From an uncultured Clostridia bacterium (lineage in GTDB: Bacteria; Bacillota; Clostridia; Christensenellales; UBA1242), in NCBI GenBank assembly GCA_947627545.1, contig CANQWK010000008.1, positions 352 to 64,351 on the forward strand: 64,000 nucleotides of DNA, given 5' to 3'. The translations under genes were made by a program, and so were the position numbers. Below the pieces are notes generated by a model. The model was not told where the DNA came from. It worked only from the letters and a program-made list of their open reading frames with translations, and did no database searches. Shown piece after piece: positions 45,491-56,849 of this stretch. How positions within the stretch are numbered: position 1 is the first letter of the stretch; every line of letters starts with the position of its first letter.

Positions 45491-46348
45491 ATGAATGTAG
45501 ATATAATTTGTCCTCTATACAATGCAGAACAATATGTGCAGGGGTTAATTGATTCTATAAAAAAACAAAAAAATGTAACTATAAACAAATTTAGGTTTAT
45601 TGTAACTAAATCTAAAGACGGAACAGATGCAATTTTGCAAAAAAATGGAATTGAATTTACAACCGTTTTGCCTAGCGAATTTTCGCACAGTTTAACCAGA
45701 GAAACCGAAGCTATGAAAAGCGAAGCGGACATTCTGGTTTTTATAACGCAAGACGTTGTTATAGAGCGAGAAGATTGGCTAGAAAATTTAATTAAGCCTA
45801 TTGAGAATGGAGAATGCGAGGCAAGTTTTTCAAGGCAAATTTCTAAATATAACACAATTGAAAAATATACAAGAGAAAAAAATTATCCTGAGCAGTCATT
45901 TATTAACACTAAGCAGGACATTGCTACAAAAGGTTTGAATGCGGTGTTTTTTTCAGATGCGGCATCGGCAATAAAAACTTCGGTGTTTAAAGAACTTAAC
46001 GGCTATGACGGAAAACGCTTTTCTACAAATGAAGATATGTACATTGCCTATAAAATTATTATGGCAGGTTACAGAATAAAATATTGTGCAAATTCGGTTG
46101 TTAGCCATTCGCATAAATTTAGTTTAAAACAGTTGTATAAAAGATATTATTGCATTGGCGAATTTATGGCGGCTAACCCTGAAATTTATAAACTTGGAAC
46201 AACAAAAGCGGGCGGAGGGCTTGCTAAATATATTTTAAAACGAGCAATTTGTCAGTTTAATGTGCCAGTGTTGTTTAGGTTTTTCCCCGATATGTTTGCT
46301 AGGTGGCTAGGCATGAAAAATGGAAGAAAAAAAGGAGAAAAACATTAA
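45491..46348 (+). CDS. Glycosyltransferase family 2
   Basis: ICPLYNAE and TQDVV motifs. The ATG at 45491 follows AGGAG. Confidence 0.7.
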   Translation: MNVDIICPLYNAEQYVQGLIDSIKKQKNVTINKFRFIVTKSKDGTDAILQKNGIEFTTVLPSEFSHSLTRETEAMKSEADILVFITQDVVIEREDWLENLIKPIENGECEASFSRQISKYNTIEKYTREKNYPEQSFINTKQDIATKGLNAVFFSDAASAIKTSVFKELNGYDGKRFSTNEDMYIAYKIIMAGYRIKYCANSVVSHSHKFSLKQLYKRYYCIGEFMAANPEIYKLGTTKAGGGLAKYILKRAICQFNVPVLFRFFPDMFARWLGMKNGRKKGEKH

Positions 46349-47767
46349 ATGATTTATGCACTTTTGGCGGTTTTAATTGTTTTGCTTGCAATAGATTTTG
46401 TTTTAAACAAAAACCTTGTAACGCCTGGTGTTTTGTTTAACGGAATTTTTTTTATAACATTGCTTCTTTATAATTTTTACCTTAGCAATATTCAACAAGT
46501 GCTGTCAACAAAGTTGCTTTTAACCTTGTTGGGTTGCATAGTATGTTTTAACATTCCAGTGTTTATTTCCTATTTTTTGCAAAAGAAAAAATCTTTAAAT
46601 AAACCTCAAAGCAAAACGATTGAATTAACTATGTCTAGAAAAAAAGAATTTATTTTTTTCTTAATTTGGGCAGTAATTTTTTTAATTGAAATAATTTACA
46701 ATAAAGGCTTACCTTTGTTTTGGAAAATTCTAAATGATACAAAAACATATGTGGATTTTAATTTTCCTTTATTACATGGCGCGTTTATTGCTTATACATC
46801 CATACTTGGAGCATATAGTCTTTTTAAAAAAAATTGCTTCTATAAATGGTTTTATTTATCTACCGGACTTTTAATAATTAACAGAAATTTAGTTATAACA
46901 ATTTTGGTTGAAGGTGTAGTGTTCTTTTTGTTAAGGAATAGTGGCTGGCTAAAAAACAAAAAACATATTTTAATAAGTTTGTGCTTAGTTGTTGCTGTTG
47001 TTGTTGGCTTTTCGCTTGTTGGCAATTTTAGAACAGGAGAAAATCAATTTTTATTAGTTGCCGAATTTAAATCTAGTGTAAATTGGCTGCCAACCTCGTT
47101 TAAATGGATTTATTCATATATGTGCTTTTCGCTTTCCAATTTAAACAATCTGTTTGCTGTGTCGTCAGGTGGAATTTATAACGGACTATTATCATTAAAA
47201 AACATTTTACCAAATATTTTTGGTGATATCATTAAAATTAACGATTGTCCAGAATATTTAATTAAAAAAGATTTTAATGTTAGCACTTTTGCCCCTGACC
47301 TTTATTTAGATTTTGGAATTGTTGGTGTAATTGGTTTCTGCTTATTGTTAGGTGTGTTGTGTTCGGTGGTTTTTGCAAAGGCAAAAAACAACAATTTCTT
47401 TAAATTGGCTTATTCAGTTTTGGCTTATTGTCTTGTTTTTATTTTCTTTGTAAATATGTTGTTTATGTCATCTATATATTTTCAATTTATTTTAATTCCA
47501 ATTTTATTTTGCAATTTATACAGTGTAAAAGTAAAATTTTTTGGAGCCAAAGTTAAAACTGTTAATAAAACAAGCGGAGTTGCTAAAGAAGATAATCAAA
47601 TTTCTCAATTAAAAAATTCACAAAAAACAGACACGAAAAACACAATTAAAAACGTGCAAAAAATTGATGTACAAAAATTAAATGAAAATGAGCAAATAAA
47701 TAATAATAAACAAAATAACAACGAACAAAAAATAAATGGTCTGCGGCGAAAAAATAAACGAAAGTAA
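46349..47767 (+). CDS. Polytopic membrane protein; candidate oligosaccharide repeat-unit polymerase (Wzy-like) with an N/K/Q-rich tail
   Basis: About 10 TM helices. Lies in the glycan locus, which also encodes a Wzx. Confidence 0.45.
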   Translation: MIYALLAVLIVLLAIDFVLNKNLVTPGVLFNGIFFITLLLYNFYLSNIQQVLSTKLLLTLLGCIVCFNIPVFISYFLQKKKSLNKPQSKTIELTMSRKKEFIFFLIWAVIFLIEIIYNKGLPLFWKILNDTKTYVDFNFPLLHGAFIAYTSILGAYSLFKKNCFYKWFYLSTGLLIINRNLVITILVEGVVFFLLRNSGWLKNKKHILISLCLVVAVVVGFSLVGNFRTGENQFLLVAEFKSSVNWLPTSFKWIYSYMCFSLSNLNNLFAVSSGGIYNGLLSLKNILPNIFGDIIKINDCPEYLIKKDFNVSTFAPDLYLDFGIVGVIGFCLLLGVLCSVVFAKAKNNNFFKLAYSVLAYCLVFIFFVNMLFMSSIYFQFILIPILFCNLYSVKVKFFGAKVKTVNKTSGVAKEDNQISQLKNSQKTDTKNTIKNVQKIDVQKLNENEQINNNKQNNNEQKINGLRRKNKRK

Positions 47768-47866
47768 TATTAGAAAAATAAAAAACAAAACGATAAAACA
47801 AATAAAAAATACAAATCAAAATAATTAAAATTCAACTATACAAAAACAGGTTTTAAGGAGGATTAT

Positions 47867-48757
47867 ATGAAAGGAATTGTTTTAGCAGGTGGCAGTGGGA
47901 CAAGGTTGTATCCGTTAACAATGGTTACGAGTAAACAACTTTTGCCGGTTTATGATAAGCCTATGATTTATTATCCGCTATCAATTTTAATGCTGGCAGG
48001 CATTAATGAAATTTTAATAATTTCAACGCCTGAAGATACGCCTAAGTTTAAAAAATTGTTAGGCAATGGCAGTAATTTTGGAATTAAGTTACATTACAAA
48101 GTTCAGCCTTCGCCAGATGGGTTGGCTCAAGCGTTTTTGTTGGGTGAAGATTTTATTGGCAAAGATAGTGTTTGCATGATTTTGGGAGATAACATCTTTT
48201 ACGGTGCCGGCTTAAAGCGTGGGCTTAAACAGGCAAAAGAAAATGCTCAAAAAGGCGTGGCAACAATATTTGGCTATCATGTAACAGACCCTGAACGGTT
48301 TGGCGTGGTTCAGTTTGGTAAAAACAACAAGGCAATTTCAATTGAAGAAAAGCCAAAAAATCCAAAATCTAATTATGCGGTTACCGGACTTTATTTTTAC
48401 GATAACAGCGTTGTAAATCTTGCAAAACAAATAAAGCCTTCCGCTAGAGGAGAACTTGAAATTACCGATTTAAACCGATTATATTTAAACGCCAATAAAT
48501 TAGATGTTGTTACATTTTCAAGGGGAATGACCTGGCTAGACACAGGTACGCATCAAGCCCTTGCCGAAGCAACCGAATTTGTTAAAATGGTAGAAGAGCA
48601 TCAGGGCTTAAAAATAAGTTGTCCAGAAGAAATTGCTTACAAGCAAGGCTGGATAACCAAACAACAACTTATTGAGCAGGGTAATAAAATGAGTAAAAAT
48701 TCTTATGGTCAACATTTGTTGCGTGTTGCCAAAGGCAAGTATGTAAGGGAGATGTAA
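47867..48757 (+). CDS. rfbA: Glucose-1-phosphate thymidylyltransferase
   Basis: [18 protein letters not shown]...[18 protein letters not shown]. Confidence 0.93.
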   Translation: MKGIVLAGGSGTRLYPLTMVTSKQLLPVYDKPMIYYPLSILMLAGINEILIISTPEDTPKFKKLLGNGSNFGIKLHYKVQPSPDGLAQAFLLGEDFIGKDSVCMILGDNIFYGAGLKRGLKQAKENAQKGVATIFGYHVTDPERFGVVQFGKNNKAISIEEKPKNPKSNYAVTGLYFYDNSVVNLAKQIKPSARGELEITDLNRLYLNANKLDVVTFSRGMTWLDTGTHQALAEATEFVKMVEEHQGLKISCPEEIAYKQGWITKQQLIEQGNKMSKNSYGQHLLRVAKGKYVREM

Positions 48758-48759
48758 AC

Positions 48760-49302
48760 ATGAAAATTGAAAAAACAAAACTTAAAGATGTTTTATTAAT
48801 AACCCCTGATGTTTTTGGAGATAATCGCGGCTGGTTTATGGAAACTTACACAAAAAACAAACTAGAACAAATTAATGTGGAGTTTGTGCAAGATAATCAA
48901 TCGTTTTCTTCGCAAAAGGGCATTGTAAGAGGGTTACATTGTCAAGTTAATCCGCACTGTCAAGCCAAGTTGGTTAGATGCACTCGCGGTCAAATTTATG
49001 ATGTGGTGGTAGATATTCGCCGAAGTTCGCCAACTTATAAACAGTGGATTAAGGTTTTGTTAACCGAAGAAAATAAACAGCAGTTATTTGTTCCAAAAGG
49101 GTTTTTGCATGGCTTTGTTACATTAACGGACAATGTAGAAATTCAATATAAGGTTGACGATTATTACAACAAAGAGTGCGACCGTTCAGTTAAGTTTGAC
49201 GATGCCGAATTTAATGTGGATTGGGGAGTAACCGAGCCAATTCTTTCTAATAAAGATAAAAATGCTCCGTTGTTTAAAGATAGCGATTGTTATTTTGATT
49301 AA
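48760..49302 (+). CDS. rfbC: dTDP-4-dehydrorhamnose 3,5-epimerase
   Basis: F.D.RGWF.E..., RGLH.Q and KLVRC..G.I.DV.VDIR motifs. Confidence 0.92.
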   Translation: MKIEKTKLKDVLLITPDVFGDNRGWFMETYTKNKLEQINVEFVQDNQSFSSQKGIVRGLHCQVNPHCQAKLVRCTRGQIYDVVVDIRRSSPTYKQWIKVLLTEENKQQLFVPKGFLHGFVTLTDNVEIQYKVDDYYNKECDRSVKFDDAEFNVDWGVTEPILSNKDKNAPLFKDSDCYFD

Positions 49303-49370
49303 TTATTTACAATTTTTATAATAAAAAATAAAATGTTGAATTTGTAGAGATTATTAAATTGAGGTAAGAT

Positions 49371-50234
49371 ATGAAAGTTATAGTTACAGGAGTTCATGGA
49401 CAGTTAGGGCATGATGTTGTTGATGAGTTGCGTAGGCAAAACATAACAGATATTTTGGCATTAACGCGAGAAATGGCAGATATAACTAATGAACAACAAA
49501 TAAAGCAAGCCATTTTAAATTTTGCGCCAGACGCAATTGTGCATTGTGCCGCTTACACTGCAGTAGATAAAGCGGAAGATAATGTTGATGAATGTTATAA
49601 CACAAATGTTTTAGCAACAAAATACATAACTGAGGCAGCCAAACAAGTAAATGCAAAAATGGTGTATGTTTCAACCGATTATGTGTTTGACGGCAAAGGC
49701 GATAAGTTTTACGATGTAGATGATGTAAAAAGTCCATTGTCGGTTTACGGCAAAACAAAATTTTTAGGCGAAATGGAAGCGTTAAAAAATGATAAACATT
49801 TTATTGTGCGTACTTCGTGGGTGTTTGGGCTAAATGGCAACAATTTTGTTAAAACCATGCTTAAACTTGCAAACACTAGGCAGGAAGTTAATGTGGTTAA
49901 TGACCAAATTGGCTCGCCAACCTATACAGTAGATTTAGCCAAACTTCTTGTGGAAATGATAAAAACCAATAGGTATGGAGTTTATCATGCAACAAATCAG
50001 GGCATTTGTTCGTGGGCAGAGTTCGCCGCTAAAATTTTTGAATTGGCAAAATTGCCTGTTAGAGTAAACAAAATTTTAACTAGTCAATATCCAACAAGAG
50101 CGGTTAGACCATTAAATTCACGGTTATCTAAAAGAAGTTTGAACGATGCTGGTTTTAATTTAATGCCAGATTGGCTAAATGCACTTGAAAGATATATTAA
50201 CGAGTTGGACCTTGAAAGTTTTAAAAAATTTTAA
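49371..50234 (+). CDS. rfbD: dTDP-4-dehydrorhamnose reductase
   Basis: GQLG, STDYVFDG and YGKTK motifs. Confidence 0.9.
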   Translation: MKVIVTGVHGQLGHDVVDELRRQNITDILALTREMADITNEQQIKQAILNFAPDAIVHCAAYTAVDKAEDNVDECYNTNVLATKYITEAAKQVNAKMVYVSTDYVFDGKGDKFYDVDDVKSPLSVYGKTKFLGEMEALKNDKHFIVRTSWVFGLNGNNFVKTMLKLANTRQEVNVVNDQIGSPTYTVDLAKLLVEMIKTNRYGVYHATNQGICSWAEFAAKIFELAKLPVRVNKILTSQYPTRAVRPLNSRLSKRSLNDAGFNLMPDWLNALERYINELDLESFKKF

Positions 50235-50326
50235 GAAGAATTAAAATATTAAAAATTAAATGAAAAAGTGAATTAAAAGAAAATAGTAAAAAGTGAAATA
50301 GTTTATTAAAAAATTAAGGAGATATT

Positions 50327-51382
50327 ATGAAAATTTTAATTACAGGTGGGGCAGGCTTTATTGGTGGAAATTTCTGCCATTATATGGTTAAAAATTATCC
50401 GGAAGATAGTTTTGTGTGTTTAGATGCGCTAACTTATGCCGGCAATTTAGAAACGTTAAAGGATTTGCTAAACAAACCTAATTTTCAATTTGTTAAAGGC
50501 AACATTTGTGATACTAATTTGGTTTTTAACCTTTTTAAAAAAGAAAAGTTCGATATTGTTGTCAATTTTGCTGCGGAGTCGCATGTAGATAGGTCTATTG
50601 AAAATCCTAAAATATTTTTAGAAACCAACATTTTAGGCGTGCAAACACTTATGGATGCTTGCAAAAAATTTGGCATTAAAAGGTATCATCAAGTATCTAC
50701 CGACGAAGTGTATGGAGATTTGCCGCTAGATAGAAAAGATTTGTTCTTTACCGAGTCCACTCCGTTGCATACATCTAGCCCATACAGTGCCTCTAAGGCG
50801 GCCGCCGATTTACTTGTTATGGCATATCACCGAACATTTAATTTGCCAACAACAATTTCGCGCTGCTCTAACAATTATGGACCATATCAATTTCCTGAAA
50901 AACTAATTCCGCTAATAATAAAAAAAGCGTTAAATAACGAAAATTTGCCCATTTACGGCAAAGGTGAAAATGTGCGCGATTGGTTGCATGTTTACGACCA
51001 TTGCACTGCCATTGATTTAATTATTAGAAAGGGTAAAGATGGCGAAATTTATAATATTGGCGGACATAACGAAAAAACAAATTTGCAAGTGGTTAAAGAA
51101 ATTTTAAAATATTTAAACAAGCCTGAAAGTTTAATAACTTTTGTAAAAGATAGAGCAGGGCATGACTTACGCTATGCAATTGACCCTTCTAAAATTACTA
51201 ACGAGTTAGGCTGGAAACCAAAATATACCTTTGAAACAGGCATTGGACCAAGCATTCAATGGAACATAGACAATAAAAAATGGTTGAAAAATGTAGAGTC
51301 AGGCGAATACTTGCGATTTATGGAAAATCATTATAAAGACAATATAATAGATAAAAAAGAAGAAGAGGGGATTACTTATTAA
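50327..51382 (+). CDS. rfbB: dTDP-glucose 4,6-dehydratase
   Basis: GGAGFIGGNF, STDEVYGD and YSASKAAAD motifs. Confidence 0.93.
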   Translation: MKILITGGAGFIGGNFCHYMVKNYPEDSFVCLDALTYAGNLETLKDLLNKPNFQFVKGNICDTNLVFNLFKKEKFDIVVNFAAESHVDRSIENPKIFLETNILGVQTLMDACKKFGIKRYHQVSTDEVYGDLPLDRKDLFFTESTPLHTSSPYSASKAAADLLVMAYHRTFNLPTTISRCSNNYGPYQFPEKLIPLIIKKALNNENLPIYGKGENVRDWLHVYDHCTAIDLIIRKGKDGEIYNIGGHNEKTNLQVVKEILKYLNKPESLITFVKDRAGHDLRYAIDPSKITNELGWKPKYTFETGIGPSIQWNIDNKKWLKNVESGEYLRFMENHYKDNIIDKKEEEGITY

Positions 51383-52266
51383 TGAAAAAAGTGTGCGTAA
51401 TTTTAGCAACGTATAATGCAGAAAAATATTTGCAAACGCAATTAGATAGCATTTTCGCTCAAAAAGATGTTGAAGTTTTTGTTCATGTTACTGATGACGG
51501 CTCAACTGATGGAACTCTTGATATTATTAAAAATTATCAAAAAACGCATAGTAACATTTCGGTTCACATCAACTCTAAAAACAAAAATTTTACTTACAAT
51601 TTTTTAGATGCGTTATTTAGGTTTAAAGATGAAAATAAATTCGACTTTTACGCCTTTGCTGACCAGGACGATTATTGGCTTCCAACAAAATTAGTTTCAG
51701 CAGTTAAAAAAATTGAAGAAACCGGCAACTGCACTTTATATTGCTCTAATTTAAAAATTGTAGATGAAAATTTAAATTACAATAACAGAGATATGTTAAG
51801 CAAAAAATTTATTAATAAACATTACGATGCAATATGCAAAAATTTTGTTACCGGCTGCACTGTTGTTATGGATAACGAATTTAAAAATTTAGCAACAAAA
51901 TTCTACCCAGAAAACATTTATTTGCATGATTATTGGCTAGCGTTAATTGCAAATTATTGTCAAGGAGCAAATTTTGTTTATGATAACAACGCTTACATTT
52001 TATATAGGCAACACGGCAATAATCAAATAGGCGAGGGCAAAGGTTTAATAAAAAAAGCGTTTAAACAAAAACCAAAACAGAAATCTACAAAACGCTTGTG
52101 CGAAGAGTTTTATAAACTATATGGCAATATAATAAAACATCAAGATAAAGAAATAATAGAAATGTTATCTAATTTAAATTTTAAAAACAGAGTAAAATTA
52201 TTTTTTAAAGTTAAGGGCAATTATTCAAAAATTTTTAAAGTAAAAATGCTTTTAAATAAATATTAA
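51382..52266 (+). CDS. Glycosyltransferase family 2 (rhamnosyltransferase-like)
   Basis: ATYNAEKYL, DDGSTDGT and DQDDYW motifs. Confidence 0.72.
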   Translation: MKKVCVILATYNAEKYLQTQLDSIFAQKDVEVFVHVTDDGSTDGTLDIIKNYQKTHSNISVHINSKNKNFTYNFLDALFRFKDENKFDFYAFADQDDYWLPTKLVSAVKKIEETGNCTLYCSNLKIVDENLNYNNRDMLSKKFINKHYDAICKNFVTGCTVVMDNEFKNLATKFYPENIYLHDYWLALIANYCQGANFVYDNNAYILYRQHGNNQIGEGKGLIKKAFKQKPKQKSTKRLCEEFYKLYGNIIKHQDKEIIEMLSNLNFKNRVKLFFKVKGNYSKIFKVKMLLNKY

Positions 52267-52292
52267 TTAAAATTTTCATAAAAGGAAAAATT

Positions 52293-53240
52293 GTGGAAGA
52301 TTTAGATTTTAGCGTTATAGTTTGTTGTTATAATTCTAACCTAGAAAAACTAAAAAAAACTATAACTTCAGTAGTAAATCAAAAAGATGTTAAATTTGAA
52401 ATTATTGTTTCGGACGATGGCTCTAAAAACCGAGAAGTCGAACAAATAAAATTATGGGCTGAACAAAACAAAATAACAAACATAAAATATAACTTTTTGA
52501 AAGAGAATGTTGGCACGGTAAAAAACATTTTATCGGCTGCCAAACTTTGCACGGCAAACTATATTCAAGCAATTTCTCCGGGGGATTACTTCTTTGATGA
52601 ATTTACTTTAAAAAAATATCTTTTAAAATTTAAAAAAAATTACAAATTGCTATTTTCAAAGGCTGTTTATTACACAAGCAACGGCAAAATTTTAAAAAAT
52701 TATAATCCTCACGCAACAGGCACAAAACACATGTTGTTTATGAAAAAAAATCTATGCCAATTTTTTGATTGTTTTTTAGGGGCTACAATGGCTTGGCATA
52801 AAGATATGTTTAAATATCTTGAAAGTTTAAGTGGAGTGGTTAAATTGTTAGAAGATTATCCTTTAACATTTTTAGCACTAATGAACAATGAAAAGGTTGG
52901 CTTTATAAACGATAATTTGGTGTGGTATGAATGTGATACAGGCGTTTCTACAACCAACGGCGGAAGTTTAATTGAAAGCGATTACGAAAACTTTTTTAAT
53001 TATCTTTTAAAGGAAAATAAGAATAATAAAAAGCTAATAAAAACAATAAAAATTTTAAGGTTATTAAAGAGGCCTAAAACATTTAAAAATGTATTTAAAA
53101 TTATTTTGTTAAAACCAAGTTATATGTTTTATATTATAGATTCAAAAATAACAAAACTTTGCAGAAAAATTAAATATAGTTTAATTAAAACAGACATATC
53201 TAAAATGAATGAAATAACAACATTACAAAAATTAAATTAA
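52293..53240 (+). CDS. Glycosyltransferase family 2
   Basis: VCCYNS and SDDGSKN motifs. GTG start after AAGGAAAA. Confidence 0.65.
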   Translation: MEDLDFSVIVCCYNSNLEKLKKTITSVVNQKDVKFEIIVSDDGSKNREVEQIKLWAEQNKITNIKYNFLKENVGTVKNILSAAKLCTANYIQAISPGDYFFDEFTLKKYLLKFKKNYKLLFSKAVYYTSNGKILKNYNPHATGTKHMLFMKKNLCQFFDCFLGATMAWHKDMFKYLESLSGVVKLLEDYPLTFLALMNNEKVGFINDNLVWYECDTGVSTTNGGSLIESDYENFFNYLLKENKNNKKLIKTIKILRLLKRPKTFKNVFKIILLKPSYMFYIIDSKITKLCRKIKYSLIKTDISKMNEITTLQKLN

Positions 53241-53298
53241 AAATTATAACATTACAAATATCAAACAAGTAAAATTTTAACTGCACACAGGAGGTTTT

Positions 53299-54300
53299 AT
53301 GGAACAAAGCAACATAGAGTTATCAATAATAATGGTAAGTTACAACGAAGCGGCTTTTTTAAAACAAGGCATAGAAAGTGTAATTAACCAGTCTTACAAA
53401 AATTGGGAATTAATTATAGGTGATGATGGCTCTAGCGACAACAGTTTAGAAATTATAAAAGAATATAGTGCAAGGTATCCTGACAAAATTAGATATTATG
53501 TAATGGACCGAAATGATGGAGTTACTCTACCTTCAATTAGAGTAAGCAACAATTTTAAAAGGGGGTTTTCTCTAGCTCGAGGTAAATATTTGTTAATTTT
53601 TGCGGCGGACGATTATTATTGTAACAACCTTAAATTTGAAAGAGATGTTAATTTTTTAAACAAGAACAAAAAATATGCGGCGTGCGTGTCTAAGTTTAAA
53701 TATGCTTTCTTAGATAGTTCAAAAGACTTTGTTGTTGGCAACAATCCAAATAGAACGCTGTTTTGGAGCAGTTGCTATACTCACATAGCATGTTTTACTT
53801 TTAGAAAGGAATGTTTAAAAAATTTATTAAATAATTTTTGCGATGATACAGGCTTAATATATTCAATTGCTTGTACAGGGAAATGGAAATGTTTTAACAC
53901 AGTAGATTTCGCGTATCGGCAAAGGGAAAACAGTATAATGTCGGCGGCAAATAAAATTCAACTTAATTTATTGGAATTGCTGCTTTATGACGATTTAAAA
54001 ACGCATAAAAAGTTTAAATTAAGTTCACTTTCAAGGTTTAGTAAACCAATGCAATATATATTAAAACATAGAAACGAAATAAACGAAAATAAAGATAGAT
54101 TTAAAAATTATTTATCTTTACCTAACGCAAGTGAAAGCGTAGCCAGCAATTTGTTAAATTACGATAATTTAAGTTTTATAAAAAAATTAAAAATAAAATT
54201 CAGTTTATTTAATTCAAAATTATTATTTTTGTATTTTAGATTTTTAACTGCTATTCAAACAGCATTTAGAAATATTTTAGGAGGGAAAAATGAAAATTAA
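53299..54300 (+). CDS. Glycosyltransferase family 2
   Basis: IIMVSYNEA, GDDGSSD and AADDY motifs. Confidence 0.72.
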   Translation: MEQSNIELSIIMVSYNEAAFLKQGIESVINQSYKNWELIIGDDGSSDNSLEIIKEYSARYPDKIRYYVMDRNDGVTLPSIRVSNNFKRGFSLARGKYLLIFAADDYYCNNLKFERDVNFLNKNKKYAACVSKFKYAFLDSSKDFVVGNNPNRTLFWSSCYTHIACFTFRKECLKNLLNNFCDDTGLIYSIACTGKWKCFNTVDFAYRQRENSIMSAANKIQLNLLELLLYDDLKTHKKFKLSSLSRFSKPMQYILKHRNEINENKDRFKNYLSLPNASESVASNLLNYDNLSFIKKLKIKFSLFNSKLLFLYFRFLTAIQTAFRNILGGKNEN

Positions 54301-54703
54301 AAAGTACAAATTTCAAAAACATGGTGATGAAAGAGGAATGCTTGTTGCTCTTGAAGAGTTTAAGGAAATTCCTTTTCATGTAAAACGAATTTATTACATC
54401 TATGACACTTTGCCAGGTGTTAGGCGTGGCTTTCATGCTCATAAAAAATTAAAACAAATTTTAATTTGCGTTAAGGGTTCATGCAAACTTCATTTAGATG
54501 ATGGACATGAAACAAAAGAAGTAGTGCTTAACAAGCAGTATGAGGGCATTTTGTTAGAGAACAATATTTGGCGTGAGATGTATGATTTTTCGCCTGATGC
54601 AGTTCTAATGGTGTTAGCATCGGAAATGTATGACGAAAAAGATTATATTAGAGATTATAACGACTTTTTAAAATTTGTAGCATCAGAGGAGAAAAATGTA
54701 TGA
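54290..54703 (+). CDS. Sugar 3,4-ketoisomerase (FdtA/QdtA-type cupin)
   Basis: [12 protein letters not shown]...[11 protein letters not shown]...[19 protein letters not shown]. Confidence 0.72.
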   Translation: MKIKKYKFQKHGDERGMLVALEEFKEIPFHVKRIYYIYDTLPGVRRGFHAHKKLKQILICVKGSCKLHLDDGHETKEVVLNKQYEGILLENNIWREMYDFSPDAVLMVLASEMYDEKDYIRDYNDFLKFVASEEKNV

Positions 54704-55803
54704 AAGTAGAGTTTTGTTCTTTTAAACCTATGCACGATGAAATAAAAAATAAGTTAGACGAAGCATACAGCCGAGTGCTAAACAGCAATTATTTCATTAG
54801 AGGCAGCGAATGTGAACAATTTGAAAAAGAGTTTGCCACTTTTTGCGGAGTGAAACATTGCGTTGGTGTTGGTACCGGACTAGATGCAATTTATTTAATT
54901 CTTAAAGCGCTAGATATTGGTGCAGGCGATGAAGTAATTGTTCCTTCTAACACTTTTATTGCAACTGCACTTGCAGTTTCTTATGCTGGTGCTACACCGA
55001 TTTTTGTTGAGCCTACCCTTGAAACTTTTAATATAGACACAACAAAAATTGAACAAAAAATTACTGCTAAAACCAAAGCAATTATTGCCGTTCATTTGCA
55101 GGGCAGAATGGCAGATATGGACGAAGTAAATAGAATTGCAAAAAAACATAAATTAAAAGTTATTGAAGACGCCGCACAGGCTCATGGTGCAAAATATAAA
55201 GGGTATAGGGCAGGCTCGCTTTCGGATGCTGCCGCTTTTAGTTTTTACCCTGGCAAAAATTTGGGTGCGTTAGGAGATGGCGGCTGCGTTGTTACAAACA
55301 ACGAACAACTTGCGTCAAAGGTTAGGGCGTTAAGTAATTATGGCTCGGATTATAAATATCACCATATCTACAAAGGAACTAACAGCAGGCTAGATGAACT
55401 TCAAAGTGCATTTTTGCGTGCAAAATTACCTTATTTAGATAAATGGAACAATTACAGAAGAAAGGTTGCAAAAAAATATATTCAAGGCATAAAAAATCCA
55501 TTAATAAAACTTCCGCTATTAAGCAACAACATTTACGAACATATTTATCATGTTTTTGTTGTTAGGTGCAGCAAAAGAGATAAATTAGAAAAATATCTTA
55601 ACGAAAATGGCATTTTAACAGTAAAACATTACCCTGTTCCAATGCATTTGCAACAAGCGTATGCCGATTTAGGCTTAAAAAAGGGCGATTTGCCAATAGC
55701 AGAAGAAATTAGTAACACAGTTTTAAGTTTGCCAATGTTTTACGGCATAACCGACGAACAAGTTAATTTCGTTATTGAAACAATAAACAATTTTAAAGGT
55801 TAA
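54700..55803 (+). CDS. DegT/DnrJ/EryC1-family PLP aminotransferase (FdtB/QdtB-like)
   Basis: Full-length similarity pattern including [14 protein letters not shown]. Confidence 0.87.
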   Translation: MKVEFCSFKPMHDEIKNKLDEAYSRVLNSNYFIRGSECEQFEKEFATFCGVKHCVGVGTGLDAIYLILKALDIGAGDEVIVPSNTFIATALAVSYAGATPIFVEPTLETFNIDTTKIEQKITAKTKAIIAVHLQGRMADMDEVNRIAKKHKLKVIEDAAQAHGAKYKGYRAGSLSDAAAFSFYPGKNLGALGDGGCVVTNNEQLASKVRALSNYGSDYKYHHIYKGTNSRLDELQSAFLRAKLPYLDKWNNYRRKVAKKYIQGIKNPLIKLPLLSNNIYEHIYHVFVVRCSKRDKLEKYLNENGILTVKHYPVPMHLQQAYADLGLKKGDLPIAEEISNTVLSLPMFYGITDEQVNFVIETINNFKG

Positions 55804-55831
55804 AAATTTTGGCAATTAATAGGGAGAAAGT

Positions 55832-56821
55832 ATGTCTTTATCATTTAGTTTTTATAACAATTTAGAAGAAAAAGAATGGGACAAGTTTGTTTTAGAAAAA
55901 AGCATTAATGGCACTTTTTTGCAAACAAGAAAGTTCATTAATTATCATGCTGCAAACAAATTTAAAGATGCATCGGTTTGTGTTAGAAAGGGCAATGAAT
56001 TAGTGGCAACCATTCTTGCCTGCGAAACAACAGAAGATGGGCTTAAAACTTTTTTTGCACATAAAGGTACAACTTTTGGCGGAATTACTGTTTCTAAAAT
56101 TGTTTATTCGGCAAGCATGATTGATGAGTTAACAAATGGTTTAATAGATTTTTTAAAACAAAATGGATTTGAAAAAATTTTTATAAAAATTGTTCCTAAC
56201 ATTTATCAAAAAAGCAACAGCGAACTTATAGATTATTTTTTGGTTAAAAACAATTTTTATTGTTATAACGAATTAAATTATTATTTAAATTTAAACAATT
56301 ACAGGCAAGATATTTTATCTTGTTTTACCGCAAACAAAAGAAGAGATTATAAATATTCGCTAAAAAATGATTTACAATTTAAAGAACTTACAACAAAAGA
56401 AGAAATAAAAGAATATTATAATGTTTTAACAAAAAATTTAGAAAAATTAGGGGCAACCGCCGTTCATACTTACGAAGATTTGCTAGATTTAAAATTTAAC
56501 CGCTTTAATAACGAAATTGAATTTTATGGCGTGTTTTTAAACAACAAAATTATTGCAGGTAGCATGCTGTTTTATTTTAATAATAATATTGTTCATACAC
56601 AATATCTTTCTTCTCTTGAAGAATATTTAAACATTTTTCCAATGGACTTTTTAATTTATAATTTAATTAAAGTAAGCCTTGAAAAAAATAAAGAAATTTT
56701 TTCTTTTGGAATATGCACCGAAAATCGTGGTAGATATTTAAACCTTGGCTTATCTAGGTTTAAAGAAGGGTTTGGAACTGAGTTTTGCATTAATAGGTCG
56801 TATGAAAAATTGTTAAAATAA
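55832..56821 (+). CDS. FemAB/GNAT-like acyltransferase-fold protein
   Basis: About 330 aa with weak resemblance to the FemAB-type double GNAT fold. Assigned mainly from its context next to the aminosugar genes. Confidence 0.35.
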   Translation: MSLSFSFYNNLEEKEWDKFVLEKSINGTFLQTRKFINYHAANKFKDASVCVRKGNELVATILACETTEDGLKTFFAHKGTTFGGITVSKIVYSASMIDELTNGLIDFLKQNGFEKIFIKIVPNIYQKSNSELIDYFLVKNNFYCYNELNYYLNLNNYRQDILSCFTANKRRDYKYSLKNDLQFKELTTKEEIKEYYNVLTKNLEKLGATAVHTYEDLLDLKFNRFNNEIEFYGVFLNNKIIAGSMLFYFNNNIVHTQYLSSLEEYLNIFPMDFLIYNLIKVSLEKNKEIFSFGICTENRGRYLNLGLSRFKEGFGTEFCINRSYEKLLK

Positions 56822-56849
56822 AAATGAATTTAAACCAAAAGGAGAGATA